Part shown: positions 1 through 8,842 of the stretch, one piece after another
Numbering within the stretch: the stretch's first letter is position 1
How the letters are laid out: each line of letters begins with the position of its first letter
NCBI GenBank assembly: GCA_041690135.1
Contig: JAWLHY010000007.1
Span: 1 to 64,000, forward strand
Source: Armatimonadota bacterium
GTDB lineage: Bacteria > Armatimonadota > SYMT01
Reading direction: 5' to 3'
DNA length: 64,000 nucleotides
Program-made: the position numbers and the translations under genes
The notes under the pieces: generated by a model
Told to the model about the DNA's origin: nothing
Seen by the model: the letters and a program-made list of their open reading frames with translations, nothing else
Databases searched by the model: none

Positions 1-89
1 CCACTCGGTTTCCCTGGAGCGCGGAGGCGGTGCGTGTCGTCGGTATCTGGTTGTCAACCCCTCGCGGGGCTCAAAGCATCAGGACCGTT

Positions 90-118
90 ATCTTATCCGG
101 TCCTTAACTCGCTGTCAA
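90..118 (-). promoter_or_regulatory. sigma70 promoter (most downstream of three tandem leftward promoters)
   Basis: Minus strand TTGACA-17 nt-TAAGAT. Confidence 0.8.
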
Positions 119-271
119 GAAGCTTTTTCGGAAGTTCTTCCAGCTTCTCGCGAGCGAGGCGGGCAGTGCGCTTCCTTTTCCGGATGAGAGTTCACTGCCA
201 GGGGAGCGATCCCCCGGCGAACCTTCCGGAAGAAGGCTCTCTGCCACGCTTTCGTTTTTCAACGTTCCGGT

Positions 272-300
272 ATTATATCGGATCCCTAACGGGGTGTCAA
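272..300 (-). promoter_or_regulatory. perfect-consensus sigma70 promoter (middle of three)
   Basis: Minus strand TTGACA-17 nt-TATAAT. Confidence 0.9.
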
Positions 301-395
301 CAATTCATTCCAATGAGAGGTTTCGCTGATTGGGCTGTGCCTCTCCTGGTGGTCAGGTGGTTAAATTAACTCATCTACCACTGCCGACGTCCCGT

Positions 396-424
396 AGTAT
401 AGGTCGGCCATTTGCGGAAGTCAA
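396..424 (-). promoter_or_regulatory. sigma70 promoter (most upstream of three)
   Basis: Minus strand TTGACT-17 nt-TATACT. Confidence 0.85.
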
Positions 425-598
425 GAACCCGTTCTCGTCCTTTCGGACCCACTCTGCCGGTGCGGGACTTCCGAGCGGTGCGGCGCAGATCCCACCCAAC
501 CCGCTCCGGCGCGTAAAGGCGTGCTTCAGCATCCTTTAAAGAACAATGGTTCGTGCAGGGATCCTTCCTGAGGGTGGAAAGGGGCAGGTTACCATGCG

Positions 599-1054
599 TT
601 ATACCGCTTCACCTTCCGCGCGCCGCTTGATGGCCCTCTGCAGGCGCTCCATGTTGTCCTGCATGATCTTGCGGACCACGCCCCGGATCAAGGGGCCGAT
701 CGTGGGGATTTCAAGCTCGTAGTTAACTTCGCTTTCGAACCGGGTGCCGTCGCCCTCGGGCACGAAGCGCCAGAGGCCGCCGTACTCAGTGAAGTCGCCT
801 TTCACCTGGCGGAAGCGACAGGTCAGCTCCGCGTCGTCCCACAAGTCCTCCTCCGTCCACTTCACGGTTAGCTTGAAGGCCGGAATCAGGCCCACCCATT
901 CCACCACCTGGCGCGTGCGGTTCTCGGACTGTTCCTGGATGGTGATGCGTTGTACCTCCGGCATGAAGTCGGGAAACCGCTCCACATCGCGGGCGATAGC
1001 ATAGACGGCGGATGGGGAGGCATGGATGGAGACGGCATTCTGAACGGTGGGCAA
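599..1054 (-). CDS. SRPBCC/START-domain (polyketide cyclase/Coq10-like) protein
   Basis: 151 aa; 'SIHASPSAVYAIARDVERFPDFMP' start, 'GDFTEYGGLWRF' and a C-terminal helix typical of SRPBCC; GAGGAG RBS before a TTG start. Confidence 0.85.
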   Translation of the reverse strand: MPTVQNAVSIHASPSAVYAIARDVERFPDFMPEVQRITIQEQSENRTRQVVEWVGLIPAFKLTVKWTEEDLWDDAELTCRFRQVKGDFTEYGGLWRFVPEGDGTRFESEVNYELEIPTIGPLIRGVVRKIMQDNMERLQRAIKRRAEGEAV

Positions 1055-1270
1055 GGGAGGGCTCCTCGACGTTTGAATGGGCGACGCTGCAGGGTATCAC
1101 TAGGATAGCTGGATGTTGCAGAGAGTTAGGGAGAGACGCCCGGAGGGCGCTTTCTCCACCGGAGAAGAGTATCGCGGATTCGCGCTGCCTCCCGGCCTCT
1201 CTCTGCGGCGTCCCGAGATTGGCGCCGGCTCCCAATTGGAGTCGGCGCCTTTTGTTGTCCCACGGCGGGT

Positions 1271-2254
1271 TCAGCGAGCGACGTCGCCGCCCAGCAGGCG
1301 GTCCTCGAAGAACAGGTACAATTCTTCGGGAGTCACCACGTCCGGACTGACGACGGTGTTCTTGCTGGAGACCGTGCCGACGAGGAGGGCATCGGTCGCC
1401 TGTTCGCCGCCGGGGAAGGTCGTGGGACCCACCACATAAACGTGGATCGCGGTTAGGCTGCTGTCGAGTTGATGAAGGTGGTGGGCCACCCGGTAGGCCT
1501 CGCGGAACACGAGATCGCGAAAGGTGGCAATCGAGCGGTTATCGCGCTCGCGGGCCGGCATAAATACCCGGACCGCCGCCGTCTGGTTGCGGGGATCTAC
1601 GGTCAGGCTGGAAATCTGCACCGTGGTGCCCAGCGGCATTTCCGTGAGGCGTTTGAGCAACTGCTGTTCCCGCGGGGTGACCACTACGGTTTCGCTTCGG
1701 GCCGGCTGTTTGCGTGTGAGGATGACGGGTCCCAGATCGACCGGTCCTTCGCGGCGTTCGCTGACGGAGACCAGGATCGCCGCTACTAGAATCACACTGC
1801 ACACCGTGGTGCCCGCGACCGCCACAATGCGTTGGACGGATTCACGGACCAGCAACTTGGTGCCGATGGGCTCGCTGCGTCCTTCGATGATAGCTTCCCA
1901 CTCCGCCTTTTGGGAGCGCGCTTCCAGGGCTTCTTCGGCCCGTGCCAGCTTCGCGCGGTCGGCGGTGCTCTGTGGGTTCATTTCCAGCGCCAGGTGATAC
2001 CAGTGGCGGGCCTGTTCCGGCTGGCCCTGGTCCTGGTAGATATCCCCCAGTAGGGAGTGTGCGGTGGGGTTGCCGGGTTCCAGCCGGAGGACTTCGATAC
2101 AGTGGTTGGCGGCCTCCTCCCACTGGCCGCGCATCCGCAGGAGGTTGGCACGAGCCAATATTGGTCCGGCGTCGACGCCCGGCACTCTGGAAGGGCACGA
2201 GGCGCACGTGCCCGCGGGACTGGTTATAGCCCTTCCACACTGCGGGCAACGCAC
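1271..2254 (-). CDS. zinc-ribbon + TPR + transmembrane protein
   Basis: CPQC..CASC, two TPRs (EPGNPTAHSLLGDIY), one TM helix. The GTG start at 2254 follows GGAGGAGG; the ORF track starts at 2320. Confidence 0.8.
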   Translation of the reverse strand: MRCPQCGRAITSPAGTCASCPSRVPGVDAGPILARANLLRMRGQWEEAANHCIEVLRLEPGNPTAHSLLGDIYQDQGQPEQARHWYHLALEMNPQSTADRAKLARAEEALEARSQKAEWEAIIEGRSEPIGTKLLVRESVQRIVAVAGTTVCSVILVAAILVSVSERREGPVDLGPVILTRKQPARSETVVVTPREQQLLKRLTEMPLGTTVQISSLTVDPRNQTAAVRVFMPARERDNRSIATFRDLVFREAYRVAHHLHQLDSSLTAIHVYVVGPTTFPGGEQATDALLVGTVSSKNTVVSPDVVTPEELYLFFEDRLLGGDVAR

Positions 2255-2358
2255 GGCGCAGCCCTCCTCCGGAGCGGGATCTCCGGTTCCGAATCGGTCT
2301 CTCTCAGGATTCGTTCTCAACCGCTAGAATGCCTTCTAAACCCGCAAAATGTGTGTCG

Positions 2359-4419
2359 TCAACGGGGTGTCCAGTTCTGATAACCAGTATCCCAACCCGG
2401 TGGACGCTGCGGTGGCGCCGCTTCCCGAAGCGCGGCCTCTATGTCCGGGGCAGCGGGTGGGATGCTTGCCGGCGTATTCCCTCCCCCGGAAGCCGCGGCG
2501 TCGGGAACTGGACTGCTCCCCGCTGGCGCCATGACCGGAGCCGCCTGTTGGAGCCGTTCCAGGTAACTATCTGCGTTCCGTGAGTAGTTGCTGTTGGGGG
2601 CCACCCGCATGACCTCCATAAACCGCCGGCGGGCCAGTTCCGGGTTTTGCGCCACCAGCTTTTCCCCGTCCTTGTACAGGATGTCCGCTTTCCAGAGGTA
2701 GGCGTTGCCCGCGGCCTCGCGCTGCGCTCGTTTCTCGTCGTCGGGAGCTGGGGAGCGGCTGACCCGCTCCGAAGCGGAGGGGGCTTCGTCGAGTGCGGCG
2801 ACGGCTTCGTCCACCCGACCCTGGAGTGCCAGCGCGCGACCCAGCGCGACGTAAGCCGTGGCGGAGTCCGGGTTCAACTGCAGTGCCCGACGGGCTGACG
2901 CTTCCGCCGCTGCCCCCTGTCCCGCTTTAACCTGGCTTTGCGCCAATTCTACGCCGGCGGTAGCCGCGTTGCGGAGCGCCACCACCCTGCGTTCCCCCCG
3001 CGAACCGCTGGCGACTTCCGCGTACAGCCGGAGCGCCTCATCGAAACGCCTGGCGCGAAAGGCCCCGTCCGCCGCGGTCCGGCGACGTTCGGTCTGCAAG
3101 GTGCCGGTATTCTGCTGGAACTTGTCGTAAGCGGAGACGGACGCCCACACCATGAGGAGGACCAGCCCTGCCACGACAATTGCGACGCCGAGCCAGCCGA
3201 GAAACCATTTGAAATCCCAACCACTCTGCTGGCGTGCCGCCGGGCGCGCGTGCAACGGGATATGGGGCGCCGTGCCGCCGGTCGTGGGCGCGGGTGCCAT
3301 TGCCCCGGGGAACCCGGCCGGCGGCCTGGGATTCGGGACCGCCGGTGCGTGTCGTGACCCGTAGGTGGCGGCTGGGGGGAGCGGAGCGCCTGCACCCATC
3401 GGCCGCGCTCCGGGGACCGGCCCGCCCGGACGTGGAGCACTCGCCTGCGGGGCGCGTGACGTGGGCGATGTCGAGGAGCGAGGTGGCGCAGGGGGCGGCA
3501 GGGAACCGTTGCGGGCCGGCGAGCCCGCCACGGCGGCATTTGACCGTCCGGCAGGACCGGTGGGCGGAGCAGGCCGAGTAGGCGCGGCCGCGTGGCGGGG
3601 TGCGCGACCCTGGGCCACCAACCGAAGGTCTTCCGCCATCTCTGCCGCCGAGTTGTATCGCCGGGCCGGCTCTTTTGCGAGGGCCTTCCGGATGATCTGG
3701 TCGACACCCGGAGGCGCACCCGTTACGGGAGGGGGCTCCTGGTTGATGATGTTGTAGGTAATGGTGACGACGCTATCGCCCGTGAAGGGCTTTCGTCCCG
3801 CCACCATTTCATACAGCATCACGCCGAGGGAGAAAACGTCGCTCCGCCGATCGATCTCCTTGCCCGTCACCTGCTCCGGCGACATGTAGCTGGGGGTGCC
3901 GAAGATCTGGCCTGCCGCGGTAAGGGTCGGCTCGAACGTCAGGCGAGCGATGCCAAAGTCGGTAATGACCACGCGCCCGTCCGGCTCCAAATGGACGTTG
4001 TCGGGTTTGACGTCACGATGGACGACTCCGTGTTTGTGAGCGAACTCCAGGCCATCCGCCACGGCGGTGACCACCCGGAGTGCCTCTTGCAGCGGCAGGG
4101 CTCCGCGCTGGCGCAGTACGTCCCGGAGCGACTGGCCTTCCAGGAACTCCATGGCGATGTAATACCGCCCTTGCGCCTGGCCGTGGTCGTGGATGCGGAC
4201 GATGTTGGTGTGCTGGAGACGCGCGGCTGCTCGCGCTTCCCGGGTAAAGCGCTGGATCCGTTCCTGGCGGGCCTGGCCGGTCAGGTTAGGCGGAACCTGG
4301 AGCTCCTTGAGGGCGATCCGTTTACCGCGGCTTGGGTCCATCGCCTCGTAGACGATGTCGTTGCTGCGGGCCAGCTCCCGGATGATATGGTATTTCCCCA
4401 GCGTGTTGGTGGCCTGCAC
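2359..4419 (-). CDS. Hanks-type Ser/Thr protein kinase with Pro/Ala linker, TM helix and C-terminal TPRs
   Basis: IALKEL, HRDVKPDN, DFGIA, GTPSYMSPEQ and SDVFSLG motifs; TM 'FLGWLGVAIVVAGLVLLMVW'; TPR-like helices. Confidence 0.95.
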   Translation of the reverse strand: MQATNTLGKYHIIRELARSNDIVYEAMDPSRGKRIALKELQVPPNLTGQARQERIQRFTREARAAARLQHTNIVRIHDHGQAQGRYYIAMEFLEGQSLRDVLRQRGALPLQEALRVVTAVADGLEFAHKHGVVHRDVKPDNVHLEPDGRVVITDFGIARLTFEPTLTAAGQIFGTPSYMSPEQVTGKEIDRRSDVFSLGVMLYEMVAGRKPFTGDSVVTITYNIINQEPPPVTGAPPGVDQIIRKALAKEPARRYNSAAEMAEDLRLVAQGRAPRHAAAPTRPAPPTGPAGRSNAAVAGSPARNGSLPPPAPPRSSTSPTSRAPQASAPRPGGPVPGARPMGAGAPLPPAATYGSRHAPAVPNPRPPAGFPGAMAPAPTTGGTAPHIPLHARPAARQQSGWDFKWFLGWLGVAIVVAGLVLLMVWASVSAYDKFQQNTGTLQTERRRTAADGAFRARRFDEALRLYAEVASGSRGERRVVALRNAATAGVELAQSQVKAGQGAAAEASARRALQLNPDSATAYVALGRALALQGRVDEAVAALDEAPSASERVSRSPAPDDEKRAQREAAGNAYLWKADILYKDGEKLVAQNPELARRRFMEVMRVAPNSNYSRNADSYLERLQQAAPVMAPAGSSPVPDAAASGGGNTPASIPPAAPDIEAALREAAPPQRPPGWDTGYQNWTPR

Positions 4420-4541
4420 CCGGACCTGTCTTTCTCACGCACCCTGGTCGTGGCCCATCGGCAGCGCGCCCTGTCCCGCGGCGGTTGCCCGTATACCCTT
4501 ACGCAGTTTCGCCGGGATTGTACCCACCGGAACGCGGAGGG

Positions 4542-7445
4542 TCAACACGCGATCCCGGCCTGCCAGCGCTCAGCCCGCTCCAGGCGTGCTTCCACCAGCG
4601 CCCGGAGTGCTTCCTCCCGGTAGACCTGATCGCCGGCGCGCGAAAGTCCCAGCAGCCGGCGAGCAACCTGGCCGGCTTTCCCGGACTTCAGCGTCTTCAG
4701 CACTTCCCGTGTCGCCTCGGAGGTAACCGATGCCGACGCCCGTTCCGTCAGTTCCTCGAACAGTTCCAGGAGCGGAGTGAGGTCGGCCGGCTTCCGCTGA
4801 ATCGTTCTGCAGAGTGCGGCTGCCAATGCATGTCTGGTGGTCTCCGCCACCAGCGGCGAGTCGCGTGACACTTCTCCCAGAGTCTTTGCCCACCTGCCGG
4901 TCTTGATCACTCCGCTATCCAGGAGTATGGCGAGTGTCTCCCCCAGGTTTGTTCCGTCCAGGCGACCATCCCGAACCATGGCTGCATAAACATCGGTCGC
5001 CAGACTGCTTTCGCCGGGTTCCTTGGCGGCCAGCCCCAGCGTCAGCAGCAGCATGGCCATCGGTCCGGGATGTGTGTCGGGGTGTAAGAGGGACTCCAGG
5101 AAGGCGCGGTTGCCCCACTCGGCCTCCCACCACTCCAGGTTTCCGGCGAAAACTTGAACTCCCATCCCGAACCAGGTCTCGCGCTGCTGGGGCCAGACGA
5201 GAGCCTGCCAGCGCAGGGTGGGGAGGTCCCGCCATTGTGCGGAAGTGTGCAGGAGTACCGTGGGAAGATCGGCGGCCGGTTGCTTGGGTGGGGTTGGCTC
5301 CCGGAGCAGGCCCGGCTGGGGCATTGCCTTGCCGTGGGAGTCGAACACTCGGAACAACAGCCGCGCGGCCTGGCCGGCATCCGGACCCAGACCCGGATGT
5401 GCCGCATCCACGCGCTCGTCGTTCGCCAGGGGAGAGCGAGCCCGCGCCGCGGCCACCCAGAGGGCGCCGTCCGGACCGACCTCGGCGACTTCGCCGCCCA
5501 ACGCATACCGAAGGGCATCCGCGCCCTCGCCGGTCAGGGGTGTCGCGGATGCCAGTGCTTCGGCCCGACGATCGGGCGCTAGCCGCAAGAGGGCCTGGAT
5601 CAGGTCCAGGCGTCCGGGGGTGAGCCCCGCCCCCAGTAACTCCAGGTGCTTGTTCACCAGGACCTGCGGGTCGAGCCAGCCACCGGAATGGGTGGGCGCG
5701 GCCAGCAGTGGACCGGCTTGATGGGCCGACACGCGTTGGGCCAGTTCCTCGCACCGGGCCGCGGTGAAACGGGCCACCGCCCTGGCTGTCGTGATGCCGC
5801 GCGGTTTGCCTGCACCGAGCCAGCTCACAACGACCGCCGCCAGGTTGGCGCGCGGGTCTCCCCGGAATGCCTTGCCGGGGGTTTTCTCCATGAGTGCGAG
5901 CGCCCGTTTCCGGAGAGGGGCAGTGATTCCTTCCCAACCAGCGGGATGGGAGTTGCAGAAGCGAGCCACGCCTTCGAGGACAAGCTCCAATTCCTCCGGC
6001 GGCCCCTGGTTCTCGAGGGCGGCGGAGGAGCGTTCGACCAGTTCCTCGAGTGATCCGATGGGCGATAGCCGCGCATCCGGGTGGAGACGTGGAATCCGGG
6101 GGTCGCGGAGGTCCAGCATGCCCACGGCTGGGTCCCCTGTTTCCACGGCGGCGAAGGCAGCGGGGACTCCCGCCAGGGCCACCAGGGAGGGGATGAGTTG
6201 GTCCGCCCGGTGGCGCCACGCCTGGGCTTCGGTCCCTGCACCTGCCGAAACCGACGGCTCGCGCGCCGGCTGCGTTGGAGCTTGCGCGGGCTGGATGGGC
6301 AGTAACCGCTCGACCCGGGGCTGCAGGGTGGCGGCTACCGTACTGCTTCGCTCCGCCAACCCTGGCGGAAGGGGCTGGCCGCATCGCTCGATCAGGTCCA
6401 GGGCGGCGGTTTGCACTTCCAGGGCAGGATGCTCCAGGGCGGGGACGGCAAGTTCCGCTACCTGGGCTCTTGCTTCGGCGGAGCGCTCTGCGACCCGCTC
6501 CAGCAACTGTACGGCGCGCGAGACGTTCTTCTTGTCCCGACCGTAGAGCGCCGGCGGGAGTGCCGCAAGCAGATCCGTGTCGGTGAGGCTCCCCGCCTGC
6601 TCCAGTTCTACGACCGCATCCATGGCCAGGGTGACGGTGGGCGGGATGCGGCTGGAAAGCAGCCGGAGATACTGTTCCGCCCGCACCGACTTTTCTTCCG
6701 GCGTGGGTGCCAGCTTCTGGTGGAAGCGGCTGAACCAGCCGGCGCGGAACTGGGCAAAGTCCCGCTCGAGGGCCCCCAACGTAGCATCCAACAGCCGGTC
6801 CCGGGAGAGAAGGCCGTGACTGGCGAGGATGGCGAGGGTATCCAGCCACCGGTAGCCTGGATCCGGATGTTTGTCTCGTGCCGCCAGGCTCCGATTTCCC
6901 TCTCCCTCGATCTCGAAGAGCCGCCACACCTCGTGGCCCAGGAGGTCCCGGTCTTCCTCCAATTCCGCGCGCAGGCTGCGATCTTGCCGCGGGTAGCTGA
7001 CCATTGCCAGGATGTAGGTCTCCGACTGCGGCCGGGGACAGTGGCCCTCGCGGATCAGACGGCGGACCGCCGGCCAGGGCCATGGCGTCGCCTCCAGAAG
7101 CCAGTCGGCCCACTCCCCGATCCAGGGTGGCCGCCGGTCGGCCATTACGGCATAGGCATCCGCGCTGAAGTCGCTGATGAGCTGGCCCAGACGGCGGATT
7201 TCCGCCAAGGACGCGGTTCCCAACACGGCCGTAGAGGCGGCCCGACGGAGAGTCTCAAACTCCACGCCGGCGGGTGGAGGGATCTCGGCGGGTTCGCGAC
7301 TGCTCCGGGGCTCGATTCGCTTCCGGATCTCCACCATCCGGGCCGCCACCCGACTGCGCTCCGACTCTGTGAGCCCTGCCAGCGCGGCGAGGCAGCGCTG
7401 GCTATCGCCGGCGAGCACGGCGGATTCCAGAGTCTCAAGTGTCAT
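4542..7445 (-). CDS. large helical-repeat protein (DUF6493-like), partner of the SWIM protein
   Basis: ~967 aa, Leu/Ala-rich; 'EVWRLFEIEGEG' and 'LLAAPTHSGGWLDPQVLV' motifs recalled from this family. ATG at 7445 overlaps the end of the upstream SWIM gene. Confidence 0.75.
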   Translation of the reverse strand: MTLETLESAVLAGDSQRCLAALAGLTESERSRVAARMVEIRKRIEPRSSREPAEIPPPAGVEFETLRRAASTAVLGTASLAEIRRLGQLISDFSADAYAVMADRRPPWIGEWADWLLEATPWPWPAVRRLIREGHCPRPQSETYILAMVSYPRQDRSLRAELEEDRDLLGHEVWRLFEIEGEGNRSLAARDKHPDPGYRWLDTLAILASHGLLSRDRLLDATLGALERDFAQFRAGWFSRFHQKLAPTPEEKSVRAEQYLRLLSSRIPPTVTLAMDAVVELEQAGSLTDTDLLAALPPALYGRDKKNVSRAVQLLERVAERSAEARAQVAELAVPALEHPALEVQTAALDLIERCGQPLPPGLAERSSTVAATLQPRVERLLPIQPAQAPTQPAREPSVSAGAGTEAQAWRHRADQLIPSLVALAGVPAAFAAVETGDPAVGMLDLRDPRIPRLHPDARLSPIGSLEELVERSSAALENQGPPEELELVLEGVARFCNSHPAGWEGITAPLRKRALALMEKTPGKAFRGDPRANLAAVVVSWLGAGKPRGITTARAVARFTAARCEELAQRVSAHQAGPLLAAPTHSGGWLDPQVLVNKHLELLGAGLTPGRLDLIQALLRLAPDRRAEALASATPLTGEGADALRYALGGEVAEVGPDGALWVAAARARSPLANDERVDAAHPGLGPDAGQAARLLFRVFDSHGKAMPQPGLLREPTPPKQPAADLPTVLLHTSAQWRDLPTLRWQALVWPQQRETWFGMGVQVFAGNLEWWEAEWGNRAFLESLLHPDTHPGPMAMLLLTLGLAAKEPGESSLATDVYAAMVRDGRLDGTNLGETLAILLDSGVIKTGRWAKTLGEVSRDSPLVAETTRHALAAALCRTIQRKPADLTPLLELFEELTERASASVTSEATREVLKTLKSGKAGQVARRLLGLSRAGDQVYREEALRALVEARLERAERWQAGIAC

Positions 7446-8802
7446 CGCTGGGTCCTGTAGCAATCTGGGCCGCCAGCACGTGCTTGCAGGGGCCGCGGTC
7501 TGCCTGGTGCTTTGCATACCAGGGGCAGGTGCAGCGCGCACCGTCGTCCGTCAGCAGTACCCGGTGCTCGACACCTGAACCCCGTACCCAGGCTTCAATG
7601 CCTTCATTTTCCCTACGGGATAACCGAACGCCTTCTTCCGCCACCAGCTTGCGGGCGTCGCGCAGCCGGGGCTCAATGGTATCCACCTGGGCGAGATCGA
7701 ACGGCAATTCCCGGTGGAAATAGGCAGACTGCGAGAGGTCGTAACCCACCACTCCCGCCGCCGCAAGGTGCGCGAGAGCGCCTTCAACCAGTGTGGCCGG
7801 GAGTTCGCACTGGCGCCCGATCGCTTCCGGCACCAGGTGGGATTGCCAGCGGAGCGCGGAGCGAACCAGTGGGGCATGGGTGGCCGCCTCTTGCCGGGAG
7901 AGCTGGTTCAGCGTGGCCCCTTCCCCCGAGAAGCCGCGCCAGACTTCGGGGCTCAGGACCAGGTGGAACCGGGCGACCTCCGTATCCAGCTCCCAACCCG
8001 AGCAGCCGTCGGCACTCGCGTAGATCCGCAAACCGCGAGCGTGGCGGGCGATCTCCTCCAGGATGCGCAGCCGCTCCAGACCGCTGACCCGCACTGCCCC
8101 GGGTGAAGCCAGTTGGCTCAAGCGGAGAGTGCCGCCACCGGAGGGGACGACCCAGGCCGGTCGCCCCTGCGTGCCCTGGCGAGGAAGCGACCGCAGGAAC
8201 CGCCGCGCCTCCGTACCGCTGACCTGGATCCGAGCAGCCATTCCGGCCTGGACGGCCTGAACATTCAGCAGGCCCTTGATCCAGCGGATGGGCAGGGAAA
8301 CCTTGCGTTCGACTACGGACTGGTCTCCTCGTTCCAGTTCCACTTCCGAGCGGCCCACGGAAAGCCGGACCCGCTCCGAATCGCGCAGGGCCGCCAGCGC
8401 GGCGCGCATCGGGGGGTTAAAGTCGACGTTCGTAGTACCGGGGGCAAGGAGCATGCCCTCCATGGCCTCGGGCAGCAGGTCTACCCGAGCGTAGGCCCCG
8501 CAGCAGCCGGAGAAACCCTCGAACCGCAGCCGGCTCTCGGCGCAGGTGACAATCGGATCGGACTGGGCCAGGATGCGGGCGAGCATCGCCGGGGGAATGT
8601 GGTAGCGCGCCTGAACCACGCGGACCAGGGCGAGAAGCAGGTCGGCGATCAGGCGCGGTCGGATCAGGGCGCCCCGGAAGAACAGAGCCTGTGCTTCCGG
8701 GGTGTGCGAGGTGGCGAGATTCAGCGAGGCCAGATCCGCATCTTGCCGGAAGTAGGACAGGTGCGGATAGGTGTAACGGTAGTCCAGGGCTGGTCCGGCC
8801 AT
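7435..8802 (-). CDS. SWIM zinc-finger family protein
   Basis: C-terminal CTC...W...GPCKH SWIM motif; 'DPIVT...LRFEGFSGCCGAYAR' N-terminal motif. ATG at 8802 avoids overlap with rarA. Confidence 0.88.
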   Translation of the reverse strand: MAGPALDYRYTYPHLSYFRQDADLASLNLATSHTPEAQALFFRGALIRPRLIADLLLALVRVVQARYHIPPAMLARILAQSDPIVTCAESRLRFEGFSGCCGAYARVDLLPEAMEGMLLAPGTTNVDFNPPMRAALAALRDSERVRLSVGRSEVELERGDQSVVERKVSLPIRWIKGLLNVQAVQAGMAARIQVSGTEARRFLRSLPRQGTQGRPAWVVPSGGGTLRLSQLASPGAVRVSGLERLRILEEIARHARGLRIYASADGCSGWELDTEVARFHLVLSPEVWRGFSGEGATLNQLSRQEAATHAPLVRSALRWQSHLVPEAIGRQCELPATLVEGALAHLAAAGVVGYDLSQSAYFHRELPFDLAQVDTIEPRLRDARKLVAEEGVRLSRRENEGIEAWVRGSGVEHRVLLTDDGARCTCPWYAKHQADRGPCKHVLAAQIATGPSDDT

Positions 8803-8842
8803 GACAAAAGTCCTTCCCTTCGCATCCTGACGCACTTTAGGG

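Noticed and set aside
34-539. ORFs 34..369 and 330..539 (+)
   Set aside because: Antisense to the tandem promoters, with no RBS or recognisable motifs.
4915-7113. 732-aa alternative-frame ORF and many similar long Arg/Pro/Gly-rich shadow ORFs (e.g. 8861..10378, 15562..17097, 19280..20764, 24638..26323, 48858..50420)
   Set aside because: They overlap well-supported genes and are expected from stop-codon scarcity at high GC.
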